Below the pieces are notes generated by a model. That model had not been told where the DNA came from, ran no database searches, and saw only the letters and a program-made list of their open reading frames with translations. The position numbers were made by a program, and so were the translations under genes. Shown here one piece after another: positions 10,427 through 20,722 of a stretch of DNA of 32,000 nucleotides (its first letter is position 1; each line of letters starts with the position of its first letter). The DNA comes from Candidatus Harpocratesius repetitus (GTDB lineage Archaea; Asgardarchaeota; Lokiarchaeia; Sigyniarchaeales; Promethearchaeaceae), in contig JAIZWK010000001.1 in the NCBI GenBank assembly GCA_021498095.1, forward strand, positions 3,390,001 through 3,422,000, in the 5' to 3' direction.

Positions 10427-11626
10427 GTGCCGAAAAAAAAACTGGGCCATCGAATCTCACATCTTAGTACTGATGAAGAAAAAGATTCTAATGTTCTATT
10501 AGAATCAGATTTAAATGAAGTAATAGAACGTGATGAGGGTAAAAGTGAAGCTCCTCAACCAGATGAAGAAAAAATCATTCAAAATCTTATTATCGAACCA
10601 TCTGGTTATCCTATAAAACCCTTTGATGCACCTGATAATATAAATATCACCGTTAACCGTGATCCAAAATTATTTCAAGCTTATGCTACAGAACAATGGT
10701 TAGGTCTTTCAGTTCAGGTAAATGATTATATTTTTGATCAACTCCTTATTCCTGATTTTGCCTTTAAAATTATTAATGTTGAACCAGAGGGAGCAACACG
10801 CATTGGAACGGAGACAACTATTGTTTTACGTCAAGAAATCCAACCGCGACCAAATTTTCAAAGAATTTCCTTTGAAGAAATCATTGGAAATAACAGAGCT
10901 AAAGAAAAAGCAGAGATCATAATAGCCTATTTACAAAATCCAGATAAATTCGGAGAATGGGCACCACGCAACATTCTCTTTCACGGACCGCCAGGAACGG
11001 GAAAAACTTTAATGGCACGTGCTATTGCTTCACAATCTGATTGTTCATTTTTTGCAAAGAAGGGAACTACTTTAATTGGATTACATGTTGGAGATGGCGC
11101 TGCAAAAATCCATAGTCTCTTCCGAAAAGCGCGTGAAAATGCACCATCAATTGTATTTATTGATGAATTAGACTCAATTGGTTTAAACCGCTCATATCAA
11201 AGTGTTAGAGGCGATGTAGTAGAAGTTGCAACTGCTTTACTTGCTGAATTAGATGGTCTGGAAACCAATCAAGGAGTCATAACCATAGCAGCAACGAACA
11301 ACTTAGATTTACTGGATTTAGGATTGAGGAATCGATTTGAAGAAGAGATAGAATTTCCCCTTCCCAATGAAACAGAACGAAAAGATATGCTTGAATTATT
11401 TGCAGAAAAATCACCAATTTCTATTAATGTTGATTTTGAGAAAATAGCCAAAATAACCACAGGGTGGAGTGGACGTGAACTGCATGAGAAATTGATAAAA
11501 ATCGCAATTCATACTGCAATTAGGAATAAATTATCTGAAATTAATTTAAAACTCCTTATAGACTTAATTAAGAAAGCTAAACCCGATGAATCTAGAAAGA
11601 ATATTCCGAAAGAATTGTTTTCTTAA
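10427..11626 (+). CDS. Archaeal single-ring AAA+ ATPase (COG1223-like)
   Basis: Walker A GPPGTGKT, Walker B VFIDELD, SRH ATNNLDLLDLGLRNRFEEEIEF; N-domain FQAYATEQW...FDQLLIPDFAF typical of this archaeal family. Confidence 0.88.
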   Translation: MPKKKLGHRISHLSTDEEKDSNVLLESDLNEVIERDEGKSEAPQPDEEKIIQNLIIEPSGYPIKPFDAPDNINITVNRDPKLFQAYATEQWLGLSVQVNDYIFDQLLIPDFAFKIINVEPEGATRIGTETTIVLRQEIQPRPNFQRISFEEIIGNNRAKEKAEIIIAYLQNPDKFGEWAPRNILFHGPPGTGKTLMARAIASQSDCSFFAKKGTTLIGLHVGDGAAKIHSLFRKARENAPSIVFIDELDSIGLNRSYQSVRGDVVEVATALLAELDGLETNQGVITIAATNNLDLLDLGLRNRFEEEIEFPLPNETERKDMLELFAEKSPISINVDFEKIAKITTGWSGRELHEKLIKIAIHTAIRNKLSEINLKLLIDLIKKAKPDESRKNIPKELFS

Positions 11627-11640
11627 CTTTCTTTTTTTTG
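11627..11640 (+). terminator. Oligo-T tract directly after the AAA ATPase stop codon (archaeal-type terminator candidate)
   Basis: TAA followed by CTTTCTTTTTTTTG. Confidence 0.35.
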
Positions 11641-11730
11641 TGATTTTTATTCTCCTTTGCAGGTTTAGGCAACCAGTTGTTAAATTTTAAGATTTTTAAA
11701 AATAATCAAGTAAAACTTCTTGCAGTTGAT

Positions 11731-11969
11731 TATAAGAGCTTTTATCAACATTTGATAGATTAATAAAAAAATAAAAATCCTGCATAATTTACGCATTTAC
11801 CAACATTCCATCAAAATTTAAAATTTGTCGATCAGAAATTTAGAACTTTTTTTATCAAATTCAACTATAATTTGATTGAAAATAGTCAAAAATCGAGCCA
11901 TCATTAAATTTTCTAAAGTTCATTTTTGCCGACTGAAATAATTCTTGGATAAGTTTGATTATTGTCGGA
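11731..11969 (+). repeat. 239-bp non-coding repeat, copy 1 (inverted relative to copy 2)
   Basis: Manual alignment to the reverse complement of 17368-17606: 229/239 identical, no indels. Lies between two convergent genes. Confidence 0.95.
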
Positions 11970-12067
11970 GAAGGAAAGATGAAAGTTGTAATTTAGTCAA
12001 AAATAAAGAAGCTGCTAGAACCTCATAAATCTAAAAATTAAATAAAAAAGAAAAATAAATTATTTAA

Positions 12068-13489
12068 TTAATCCAAAGAACTTACTTCAATATAATCAAT
12101 CTCTTTTTCAGATTTAAAACTTGAAATATTATTAGATTTAGATTCAAAATCAGAATCAGATCCTAAATCAAACTTGTCTCTTAAAGAATAAGAAGAAGAT
12201 TTCATGATTCCATGAAGCATCCTATATCCCAATGCAGCAATTATTGATAAAATGAATGCTAAACCCCATATTATCAAAGGATTGTGTTGATCCATAATAA
12301 TTCCAGCGCCTAAAACACCAAATAATGTCGGAATCAATCCAGTCCATTGTAATATTGCCATATATCGACCTCTTTTATCTTTAGGTGCAAAATTGGATGC
12401 TATTGTTTGAGAAAAGGGTGCAACAATCATTTCTCCAATAGTAATAATTACCATTGCAATAAAAAACATAGGAACACTTGAAAATAATCCATACATCCCA
12501 AATCCAACTGCATATAGAAGATTTCCTACTGCCATCATTATAAATGGTGAAAATTTCTTTATCCGTTGGGTTAGTCTGTATTGAAATAATACAACCATGA
12601 TTGCATTCATGCTCAACAACCATCCAAACATGTAATTTGGTAAATTATATGAATCCCGTAAAAATACAGGTAATGTTGTGTTCATTTGTTCATATACAAG
12701 TACCATGATTGCTGAAACGATTACAAATAAAAGAAATTTCCAATCTCGTAAAACCTCCTTATAGCCACCACTAGATGATTTTGAATCTTCTTTTTTAAGT
12801 TTTGAGCCTAATGAAGGTTGATAAGTTTTATTTTCTTGGTTGGACCTTAAATCTAAATTACGTTTTTCAATGGATGATTCATTAATATTGATTTGCGGCT
12901 TTGTCTCAGGAACGGCAAAGAAAAATAAAATACCTGTTATGATACTTGCAATTGCATCTAAAATGAAGAGATATGAAAAAGAATATGAAGATAAGAATCC
13001 ACCTAAAGCAGGACCAAATGTAGCAGCTAGGTTCATAGAAATACGCATTATTCCGAAACCTTCTGTTCTTTTTTTGATAGGAAGAATATCAATAACCATA
13101 GCGGAATGAGCCGGACCTGCAACTGAACCCATTAAACCCATCACTAACACTATAAAATAGAAAGTGTTTATATCTTTTATAAAAAGAATAACAATCGAAA
13201 AAGATGCACTAACAATTAATCCGAATAATATTATAAATTTACGGCCAATTTTATCAGTTAATGCTCCTCCGATCATTCCACCAAATAGATTTCCGATTCC
13301 AGCAATGGTCCAAATAATTCCAACTTTTGTTAATCCCACATTAAAAGCTGAAGTAACATATAAGGCAATAAAAGGCATTAATATATATGTACCGAGCATA
13401 TCGATAAAAGAGATGAACGTTACCATCCAAAATATTTTCGGAAATTCATTATACGTTTTTTTTAAATTCTGTATCATAGAAATGACCAA
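12068..13489 (-). CDS. MFS transporter (12-TM, MdtH/DHA-like)
   Basis: Motif A GGALTDKIGRK, two 6-TM halves with a long central loop, APKDKRGRYM. Confidence 0.92.
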   Translation of the reverse strand: MVISMIQNLKKTYNEFPKIFWMVTFISFIDMLGTYILMPFIALYVTSAFNVGLTKVGIIWTIAGIGNLFGGMIGGALTDKIGRKFIILFGLIVSASFSIVILFIKDINTFYFIVLVMGLMGSVAGPAHSAMVIDILPIKKRTEGFGIMRISMNLAATFGPALGGFLSSYSFSYLFILDAIASIITGILFFFAVPETKPQININESSIEKRNLDLRSNQENKTYQPSLGSKLKKEDSKSSSGGYKEVLRDWKFLLFVIVSAIMVLVYEQMNTTLPVFLRDSYNLPNYMFGWLLSMNAIMVVLFQYRLTQRIKKFSPFIMMAVGNLLYAVGFGMYGLFSSVPMFFIAMVIITIGEMIVAPFSQTIASNFAPKDKRGRYMAILQWTGLIPTLFGVLGAGIIMDQHNPLIIWGLAFILSIIAALGYRMLHGIMKSSSYSLRDKFDLGSDSDFESKSNNISSFKSEKEIDYIEVSSLD

Positions 13490-13977
13490 TTTTGTATTAT
13501 TATTGTTTCATCAATATTACACATCCGATATGTAATAAATGTGTAATATTATGATTTCAAAATTATTGTTATTATTTAAAGGATGTCAAGTCCAATTTTT
13601 GAGCGCTAGTTTCTTGATTTTACAGGTTTATTTTTAAGAATAATAAATGTTAATTATAGAAGCGATGTGTAATTTGTTTGAATAAATGAGTTTATAATTA
13701 TTATTTTTTTTTTAATCAGATATTTATCAATAATTTTGATTTATTTAACATATTCTACATATTCGATTTACTAAACGTGCTTAACTTATTGAATGCATTT
13801 CTTTAAGAAATGAGCAAAACAAAAAGGATTACATGCCAATTTGCTTATTGGAATACCTTATTTTATATAATTAAGAAATAGATTCAGAAAGATAAATTAA
13901 CTATTAAAAATTAGCAAAAAAAAGAATTGAAATGAATTTAAAAATTTAAATAATAAATATTATAAAAAATACTGCGA

Positions 13978-15327
13978 TTACAATTCAATTTTTTCTCCGC
14001 ATACTTCACAGAATGAATATCCCTCTTTCTGTAAAAGTTGAGCCATCACAGAACTAATAGAAGAACCACAATTAGGACAGAATTGAGGTGTGTTGTATGT
14101 TTTATCTAGAGATTTAGGTGATTTCTCTTGAATTTCAGTTACTTTCTTCACATCGCTTTGTCTATATCCATAATATGATGAATTTTGTGAATAAGGAGAT
14201 AAATTTCTATATAGCTGATTTGGATTAGTATTTCTAATTGCTCTAATAATAACAAATAGAATTATTAGTCCTATTAACACTCCAAAAGCAAGTAGCATAG
14301 TTGGAAATAAGAAAAAATCATTAGTTTCATCATGATAATCTTCATCTTTCCATTCATGCCAATTCTCCCAATCATCTGGACAATCAATAGGTTCTGTGGT
14401 TGTCCATTCATTGGTATTAATTGGATCATTTTCCTCAGGAACAGAAAGATGCAAATCTCCTCTATAAATCAAATTCAAACCACCATAGAATTCTATTTCA
14501 TGAGAACTTTCAATAGATGACGTTTCTAAAGGTTCACTTATATCAACTTTTTCAAAAAAGGAAAATGTTTGATTTCCTAAAAGATGATCATCTGTTAAGC
14601 AAATGCTTCGATTCATTTCAATTTGGATACTTATAAGTTGATTAGTTGAAGAATATCCCTTAACGTTCCAAGTGCCTGAGTAGACCGCATTGTTCCAACC
14701 ATTGTATATTACTGTAAAATTTAAAGAATTTTGGACGAATGACATGATCTGATCATAATAGAAAGAAAAATTAAGATTCATTTCCCAAAATTTTACTTCA
14801 ACTAAAAAAGGAATTGTGTTATTTGGTAATAAAATAGATGCATTTACGTCAACAGGAAAAACCATTCCGATAGCAACATCCTTATAAATTGGAGATACAT
14901 CTCGTATATTGCTTGAAAGATACGTCCAAGGCTCTGAGTCAGTAAAATTTGAAAATAAAATATAATCTAAGTAAAATAAATCATATTTTAAATAAGTCAA
15001 AGTAGAGTTATACTCTACTATATAATATTGATAAAAAGTAGTATAATTAGAATTTAAAAATGATACATCTGTATTTGGATTGTTATTTGGATTAAATTCT
15101 CGAATTGTATAATTAGAATAACAACTATAACCAAGTGAATCTCCAGTTTTTAGTGAATAATTCAAAGTAGAGTTTATAGGAGCATAATATTGAGAAAAAT
15201 CATAACCCCCATAAATGTTTTCTTCTTGTAGTATCTCAGCTTTTACAAAACTTAGTGAACTTATTGATATTTGGTTAATTATGCTAAATAGAAATAAAGT
15301 GACAAATATAATATTTTTTTTTTTCAT
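13978..15327 (-). CDS. Secreted/single-pass membrane protein with C-terminal cytoplasmic Zn-ribbon; ORF open to 15357
   Basis: MKKKNIIFVTLFLF signal peptide, N/S/Y-rich ectodomain, TM FLFPTMLLAFGVLIGLIILFVII, then CPNCG...CEVCG. Confidence 0.72.
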   Translation of the reverse strand: MKKKNIIFVTLFLFSIINQISISSLSFVKAEILQEENIYGGYDFSQYYAPINSTLNYSLKTGDSLGYSCYSNYTIREFNPNNNPNTDVSFLNSNYTTFYQYYIVEYNSTLTYLKYDLFYLDYILFSNFTDSEPWTYLSSNIRDVSPIYKDVAIGMVFPVDVNASILLPNNTIPFLVEVKFWEMNLNFSFYYDQIMSFVQNSLNFTVIYNGWNNAVYSGTWNVKGYSSTNQLISIQIEMNRSICLTDDHLLGNQTFSFFEKVDISEPLETSSIESSHEIEFYGGLNLIYRGDLHLSVPEENDPINTNEWTTTEPIDCPDDWENWHEWKDEDYHDETNDFFLFPTMLLAFGVLIGLIILFVIIRAIRNTNPNQLYRNLSPYSQNSSYYGYRQSDVKKVTEIQEKSPKSLDKTYNTPQFCPNCGSSISSVMAQLLQKEGYSFCEVCGEKIEL

Positions 15328-15823
15328 ATATGACACAACCCCTTTTATTATCATCATTAATTTAGATTATAAAAAAAAAAGGAAGTCCATTTTTTAGCAT
15401 ATTTTTTTTATTAAAACATTAACTAAGATGTTTTCTTAATAAAAATACTAGTACTTTTTTGAAAAAAATCCTAAAATTATTCTTTTTATCTCAGATCTCA
15501 AAGAAGACTAACTTGATTTCACGATTTCGACAAATATTATGGATCTCAAACAAATTCTATATAAAAAATGTTCAAGATGAATTTTTAAAGAAAAAATATA
15601 AAAGTTCGAAATCAGTAAGAGTTTCATTACTTTTACTTTTTCAACTGAAATACGCGATTAATTCTTTTTTTTTATTGGAATATCCAAAAACTACCCTAAT
15701 TTTTTGAGTCAGCTAATTTTGACTTAAGAAAAAAAATCAATTCAATTTTTTATAATTTATCGTAAAAAATCATAGAATTTTGTGAATAAAATCTAAAATT
15801 TATCATATTAGTTAATTTTATAT

Positions 15824-17306
15824 CTTGAGTTTGTCATTAATACTTAAATTTGTTTCTTTTCTTCTTTATGCGGTATTTTGTCCTCAACTCCCTACAAATA
15901 CATGCTGATATAACCAATTTGCCATTTTGCAGTCTTGACACTGAAGATGGATCTTCTCCAGCCATTCCGTAAATTCTCTTTGTAAATAATGTCGAAAAGC
16001 CATTCGTAGTTGCTCTATCGTTCGTAAATCTAAACCATAATGAGAAAACGCACCGCGATGTCGAGCCCACATCAAAAAGATATAGCACAGAAATGACAGA
16101 CTAATAAAGCAGTATTGTCCGCTCAAATTTTGCCATATGCATCCATGAAGGCCTAAATTTTGGCTCATATCTTGGTAACTGGTCTCAATTGTCCATCGAA
16201 GGCTGTATAAAAAGAGTGCTCGTTCTACGGACATCTCTAAATTATTGGTAATAAACACCCGAAAAGCGTAACCACGAGAATCTACAGTTTCTTCGACATT
16301 TTGAAAAAGATCAGGCGATCGTACTGTATCTGACAAGATTTTAACGAAAATTACTTGATGGTTTCCGATTTTGGGAAAAAAGATGTTCCGACTCGCTGTT
16401 AAATAATATTTCTTCGACCCTATTTTTAAATTTCGATTGCATGTTTGTTGAAATTCTCTGTCAGGAATCCCTTCAAATATTTTAGTCAAGCTTTGGCGTT
16501 TGTGACCCAATGTCCCTTTCCAATTGCGTTTTGGGCGAGAAATATATGTTTTTTTATAATTTTGGAGCAATCGACAATTTTCTTTTGTCATAAAATAGGA
16601 ATCCATAAGGACATATTTGGGCGAATTGGCCATTTTACAAATTTTTTCAATTTCCTTTTGGGCAATGTCATTTTTTTTGCGATAACTTTCTGTTTCGCCC
16701 CATTTTTTTAGCTCGCGCTCACGCCGATAAAACTGGAACGAGACAGGATACTCAATCTCCCGTCGAAAATAATGAGTTGAGATGATCGAATGTGCCAAAA
16801 TTTTCCCATTTGAAGAAGAATAGTGGAAATAATCCACCCCTTCCATCTTTGGGCTCGTATGGGGAATTAAGTGTTCATCGATGCTCAACACTCCATCCAC
16901 TTTCATAAGAATATCAGACCCATTTTGGAGTGATTGGATTATATTGGAGAAAAGAAAGAGCATTTGAGCAGCTAAGTGATGAATCTGGCGATAAAACGTT
17001 TTCAAACTTTCGCCAACCACAAGTTCTTGATGGATCTTGCGAGCTGAAGGCTTTTCTTGACTCAAAATACCTGTAATTAGACGTTCTATCAAGTAATTCA
17101 TATTAGGACTTTGATAGGCGGTATTTTGGGGTATATTTTTTAGAAATTGGTGTGGTAAGTCGTAGAAGCCCAAGGTTTTCATGCTTATTCAAACAAAGAG
17201 TTCCTTAGATTTAAAGGTTACTTTTTTAAGCGAGCAATTTTTGTCGTGATAAAACGATGCAAAAAATCAAATATGAAGAAATTTATTTTATTTTGACAAA
17301 CTCAAG
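15824..17306 (-). mobile_element. IS701/IS4-superfamily insertion sequence, 1483 bp, apparently intact
   Basis: Perfect 13-bp terminal inverted repeats CTTGAGTTTGTCA (15824-15836) and TGACAAACTCAAG (17294-17306) enclose the transposase. No clear target-site duplication. Confidence 0.88.
15884..17182 (-). CDS. DDE transposase (IS701/IS4-like)
   Basis: Catalytic triad candidates LSIDEH, VLMDSYF and YSLRWTIETSYQDMSQNLGL. Confidence 0.9.
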   Translation of the reverse strand: MKTLGFYDLPHQFLKNIPQNTAYQSPNMNYLIERLITGILSQEKPSARKIHQELVVGESLKTFYRQIHHLAAQMLFLFSNIIQSLQNGSDILMKVDGVLSIDEHLIPHTSPKMEGVDYFHYSSSNGKILAHSIISTHYFRREIEYPVSFQFYRRERELKKWGETESYRKKNDIAQKEIEKICKMANSPKYVLMDSYFMTKENCRLLQNYKKTYISRPKRNWKGTLGHKRQSLTKIFEGIPDREFQQTCNRNLKIGSKKYYLTASRNIFFPKIGNHQVIFVKILSDTVRSPDLFQNVEETVDSRGYAFRVFITNNLEMSVERALFLYSLRWTIETSYQDMSQNLGLHGCIWQNLSGQYCFISLSFLCYIFLMWARHRGAFSHYGLDLRTIEQLRMAFRHYLQREFTEWLEKIHLQCQDCKMANWLYQHVFVGS

Positions 17307-17367
17307 TTTTATGAGGTTCTAGCAACTTCGTTATTTTTGACAGAATTCCCATTTTAATCCTTCATTT

Positions 17368-17606
17368 TCCGACAATAATCAAATTTATCCAAGAATTATT
17401 TCAGTCGGCAAAGATGAACTTTAGAAAATATAATTATGGGTCGATTTTTGACTATTTTTAATCAAATTATAGTTGAACTTGATAAAAAAAGTTCTAAATT
17501 TCTGATCGACAAATTTTAAATTTGGATGGAATATTGGTAAATGCGTAAATTATGCAGGATTTTTATTTTTTTATTAATCTATCAAATGTTGATAAAGGCT
17601 CTTATA
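17368..17606 (-). repeat. 239-bp non-coding repeat, copy 2 (inverted relative to copy 1)
   Basis: Reverse complement of 11731-11969 with 10 substitutions. Confidence 0.95.
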
Positions 17607-17691
17607 TGATTTGTTTATAAAAAAAAAATTATAAAAATTAAGTTATTTTAGAGATCAAAAATTTTATAAGTATATTTAAAATAGAGTTTAA

Positions 17692-20670
17692 ATGACTTTT
17701 ATGTTAAAAAAAAAAAAATCAAAATTTATCATATCAAAATTAAATTTGATATTGGTTTCAGTTTTCTTAATTGGATTTATGATAATATCTCCTTTACTAT
17801 TAAACCAATTTCTTGTAATTTCGCAAAATAATTCTTTAAATATTCAAACACAAATGGTAAATACAAATCCAAAAAGCAGTAGCAATCATACTCCGATTTT
17901 CATTAATGGGAATGATTGGTCATCCTGTGATGTTGTCACAGGTAACGGTACATTTAATGATCCATATGTAATCGCAAATCTTACAATCGATGCAGGTGGA
18001 TTAGATGGAATTCAAATTATTAACTCACAAGCCTATGCAATAATTAAGAATTGCACCATTCTAAATGGAAAAAATGGTTTTTTCTTAAATTATTCTTCAA
18101 ACTATACATTGATGTCGAATACAATTATTAATTCTTCAGACACTGGAATATTCTTGTTAAATTCACAAAATAGTACATTGATAGCAAATTCAGTCTTTTC
18201 TAATAAAAACGAAATAGATTTCGGAATTCGGCTTTTAAAATCAACCAATTGTACGCTAAGTGAAAATAATGTCTACGCAAAAAATATGTATGGAATTTAT
18301 CTTTCTTTTTCGTTTAATTGCACACTGAGAGAAAATACTGTTAATAGCGGTGAGAATGGAATACATAATGGAATTTATCTTTATTATTCCACCAATTGCA
18401 CTCTTATTGGAAATAATGCTCATGAAAATTCTGCAAATGGAGGCATTTATCTTTATTCTTCATCCAACTGCATATTAATTAAAAACAACGCTAGTAATAA
18501 TGATGGAATGGGTATATATCTTTATTCTTCATCCAATTGTATACTAAGTGAAAATACTGCAAACGAGAATTCAGGAATAGGAGTGGTGTTGGTGTTTAGT
18601 AATAATTGCAGTTTAATAGAAAATACAGCTAGTAATAATTTGCAATACGGAATAGAAACTTCTTATTCATCCAATTGCACACTGAATGGAAACAATGCTA
18701 ATAATAATTCATATGGTATAGTAATTTCTGATTCATCTAATTGTACTCTGAATGGAAACAATGCTAATAATAATTCATATGGTATAGTAATTTATGATTC
18801 ATCTAATTGTACTCTGATGGAAAATCACGCTGTTAAAAATTTAGACACAGGAATTAAGCTTTCTTCTTCATCATCTTGGAATTGGATTCATGACAATTAC
18901 TTGATTAAAAATGTAAATAATGTAATTCTTGATGAGGGAATTAATAACGTCCTCTATAATAATTCTTTTATTTATTTACTTCAATCTTCTTTTTCAGCTT
19001 CAAGTACATCTGTTGTAATTGGAGAAATCATTAGTTTTACAGATACATCTACAGGAGGTAATCCTCCACTTACTTATAGTTGGAATTTTGGGGATGGCAC
19101 AACTTCATCTACTCAGAATCCATCGCATACATACAATAACTCAGGTATTTTCACCGTAAGCTTAACAACCACAGATGACGATGGAGATTCATCTTCATAT
19201 AGCATGGACATTACAGTATCTGAACAAGATAGCCAACCTATCGCATCTTTTTCAGCTTCAAGTACATCTGTTGTAATTGGAGAAATCATTAGTTTTACAG
19301 ATACATCTACAGGAGGTAATCCTCCACTTACTTATAGTTGGAATTTTGGGGATGGCACAACTTCATCTACTCAGAATCCATCGCATACATACAATAACTC
19401 AGGTATTTTCACCGTAAGCTTAACAACCACAGATGACGATGGAGATTCATCTTCATATAACATGGACATTACAGTATCTGAACAAGATAGCCAACCTATC
19501 GCATCTTTTTCAGCTTCAAGTACATCTGTTGCAATTGGAGAAATCATTAGTTTTACAGATACATCTACAGGAGGTAATCCTCCACTTACTTATAGTTGGA
19601 ATTTTGGGGATGGCACAACTTCATCTACTCAGAATCCATCGCATACATACAATAACTCAGGTATTTTCACCGTAAGCTTAACAACCACAGATGACGATGG
19701 AGATTCATCTTCATATAGCATGGACATTACAGTATCTGAACAAGATAGCCAACCTATCGCATCTTTTTCAGCTTCAAGTACATCTGTTGTAATTGGAGAA
19801 ATCATTAGTTTTACAGATACATCTACAGGAGGTAATCCTCCACTTACTTATAGTTGGAATTTTGGGGATGGCACAACTTCATCTACTCAGAATCCATCGC
19901 ATACATACAATAACTCAGGTATTTTCACCGTAAGCTTAACAACCACAGATGACGATGGAGATTCATCTTCATATAGTATGGACATTACAGTATCTGAACA
20001 AGATAGCCAACCTATCGCATCTTTTTCAGCTTCAAGTACATCTGTTGCAATTGGAGAAATCATTAGTTTTACAGATACATCTACAGGAGGTAATCCTCCA
20101 CTTACTTATAGTTGGAATTTTGGGGATGGCACAACTTCATCTACTCAAAATCCATCTCATATGTATTCCAGCTCAGGTATTTTCACCGTAAGCTTGACAA
20201 CCACAGATGACGATGGAGATTCATCTTCATATAGCATGGACATTACAGTATCTGAACAAGATAGCCAACCTATCGCATCTTTTTCAGCTTCAAGTACATC
20301 TGTTGCAATTGGAGAAATCATTAGTTTTACAGATACATCTACAGGAGGTAATCCTCCACTTACTTATAGTTGGAATTTTGGGGATGGCACAACTTCATCT
20401 ACTCAAAATCCATCTCATATGTATTCCAGCTCAGGTGTTTTCACCGTAATCTTAATAATCACAGATAACGATGGAGATTCTTCTTCATATAGCATGGATA
20501 TTAAAGTACTCACATCTACAAATCTTAATACATTTTCCAACTCAACTGATGATGATTCAAATCCATTTAATCTTAGTATTCCTACCTATTCTATTGGATT
20601 TGTTATTATCACGATGGAATTAACTATTGTTATTATATATAAATTTACAAAAAAATCAATAAAATCATAA
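17692..20670 (+). CDS. Surface protein: NosD/CASH right-handed beta-helix, six PKD domains and C-terminal membrane anchor
   Basis: N-terminal TM/signal, SNCTLxxNxANNNxYGI beta-helix rungs, six FTDTSTGGNPPLTYSWNFGDG PKD units, C-terminal IPTY + hydrophobic helix + KK tail. Confidence 0.92.
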   Translation: MTFMLKKKKSKFIISKLNLILVSVFLIGFMIISPLLLNQFLVISQNNSLNIQTQMVNTNPKSSSNHTPIFINGNDWSSCDVVTGNGTFNDPYVIANLTIDAGGLDGIQIINSQAYAIIKNCTILNGKNGFFLNYSSNYTLMSNTIINSSDTGIFLLNSQNSTLIANSVFSNKNEIDFGIRLLKSTNCTLSENNVYAKNMYGIYLSFSFNCTLRENTVNSGENGIHNGIYLYYSTNCTLIGNNAHENSANGGIYLYSSSNCILIKNNASNNDGMGIYLYSSSNCILSENTANENSGIGVVLVFSNNCSLIENTASNNLQYGIETSYSSNCTLNGNNANNNSYGIVISDSSNCTLNGNNANNNSYGIVIYDSSNCTLMENHAVKNLDTGIKLSSSSSWNWIHDNYLIKNVNNVILDEGINNVLYNNSFIYLLQSSFSASSTSVVIGEIISFTDTSTGGNPPLTYSWNFGDGTTSSTQNPSHTYNNSGIFTVSLTTTDDDGDSSSYSMDITVSEQDSQPIASFSASSTSVVIGEIISFTDTSTGGNPPLTYSWNFGDGTTSSTQNPSHTYNNSGIFTVSLTTTDDDGDSSSYNMDITVSEQDSQPIASFSASSTSVAIGEIISFTDTSTGGNPPLTYSWNFGDGTTSSTQNPSHTYNNSGIFTVSLTTTDDDGDSSSYSMDITVSEQDSQPIASFSASSTSVVIGEIISFTDTSTGGNPPLTYSWNFGDGTTSSTQNPSHTYNNSGIFTVSLTTTDDDGDSSSYSMDITVSEQDSQPIASFSASSTSVAIGEIISFTDTSTGGNPPLTYSWNFGDGTTSSTQNPSHMYSSSGIFTVSLTTTDDDGDSSSYSMDITVSEQDSQPIASFSASSTSVAIGEIISFTDTSTGGNPPLTYSWNFGDGTTSSTQNPSHMYSSSGVFTVILIITDNDGDSSSYSMDIKVLTSTNLNTFSNSTDDDSNPFNLSIPTYSIGFVIITMELTIVIIYKFTKKSIKS
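18682..18817 (+). repeat. 66-bp tandem duplication (one 22-aa beta-helix rung)
   Basis: CTGAATGGAAACAATGCTAAT... at 18682 and 18748, one mismatch. Confidence 0.9.
18988..20500 (+). repeat. Six tandem 258-bp near-identical PKD-coding repeats
   Basis: TCTTTTTCAGCTTCAAGTACATC starts at 18988, 19246, 19504, 19762, 20020 and 20278 (period exactly 258). The last copy diverges at its 3' end. Confidence 0.96.
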
Positions 20671-20722
20671 TATAGAATATTACACAAATACATTTTTTTT
20701 CATGTAATTTCAAACTAATCTA

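Noticed and set aside
13581-13640. TGTCAAGTCC motif as a solo IS end
   Set aside because: No matching partner end or transposase remnant was found in the window.
15459-15707. 82-aa K/F/L-rich ORF
   Set aside because: Low-complexity product of AT-rich intergenic DNA, with no SD or domain signal.
15812-15823. TTTTAT as target-site duplication of the IS701-like element
   Set aside because: TTTTAT follows the right TIR directly but is 2 nt away from the left TIR, so a TSD is not supported.
876-16711. Short antisense or overlapping ORFs in the track (876, 6016, 7878, 10722, 11269, 12381, 12840, 13164, 14332, 15215, 15837, 16445)
   Set aside because: All overlap well-supported longer genes and show no motifs; treated as shadow ORFs.
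11731-17606. 239-bp repeat pair as a DGR template/variable repeat
   Set aside because: The 10 mismatches are not adenine-specific on either strand, neither copy lies in an ORF 3' end, and the only RT fragments are of group II intron type.
19433-20449. Three 80-aa alternative-frame ORFs (MTMEIHLH...)
   Set aside because: Shadow ORFs generated by the PKD tandem repeat in another frame.
18988-20500. Regular 258-bp repeats as a CRISPR array or DGR
   Set aside because: The repeats are contiguous and in-frame coding, with no unique spacers and no cas genes.
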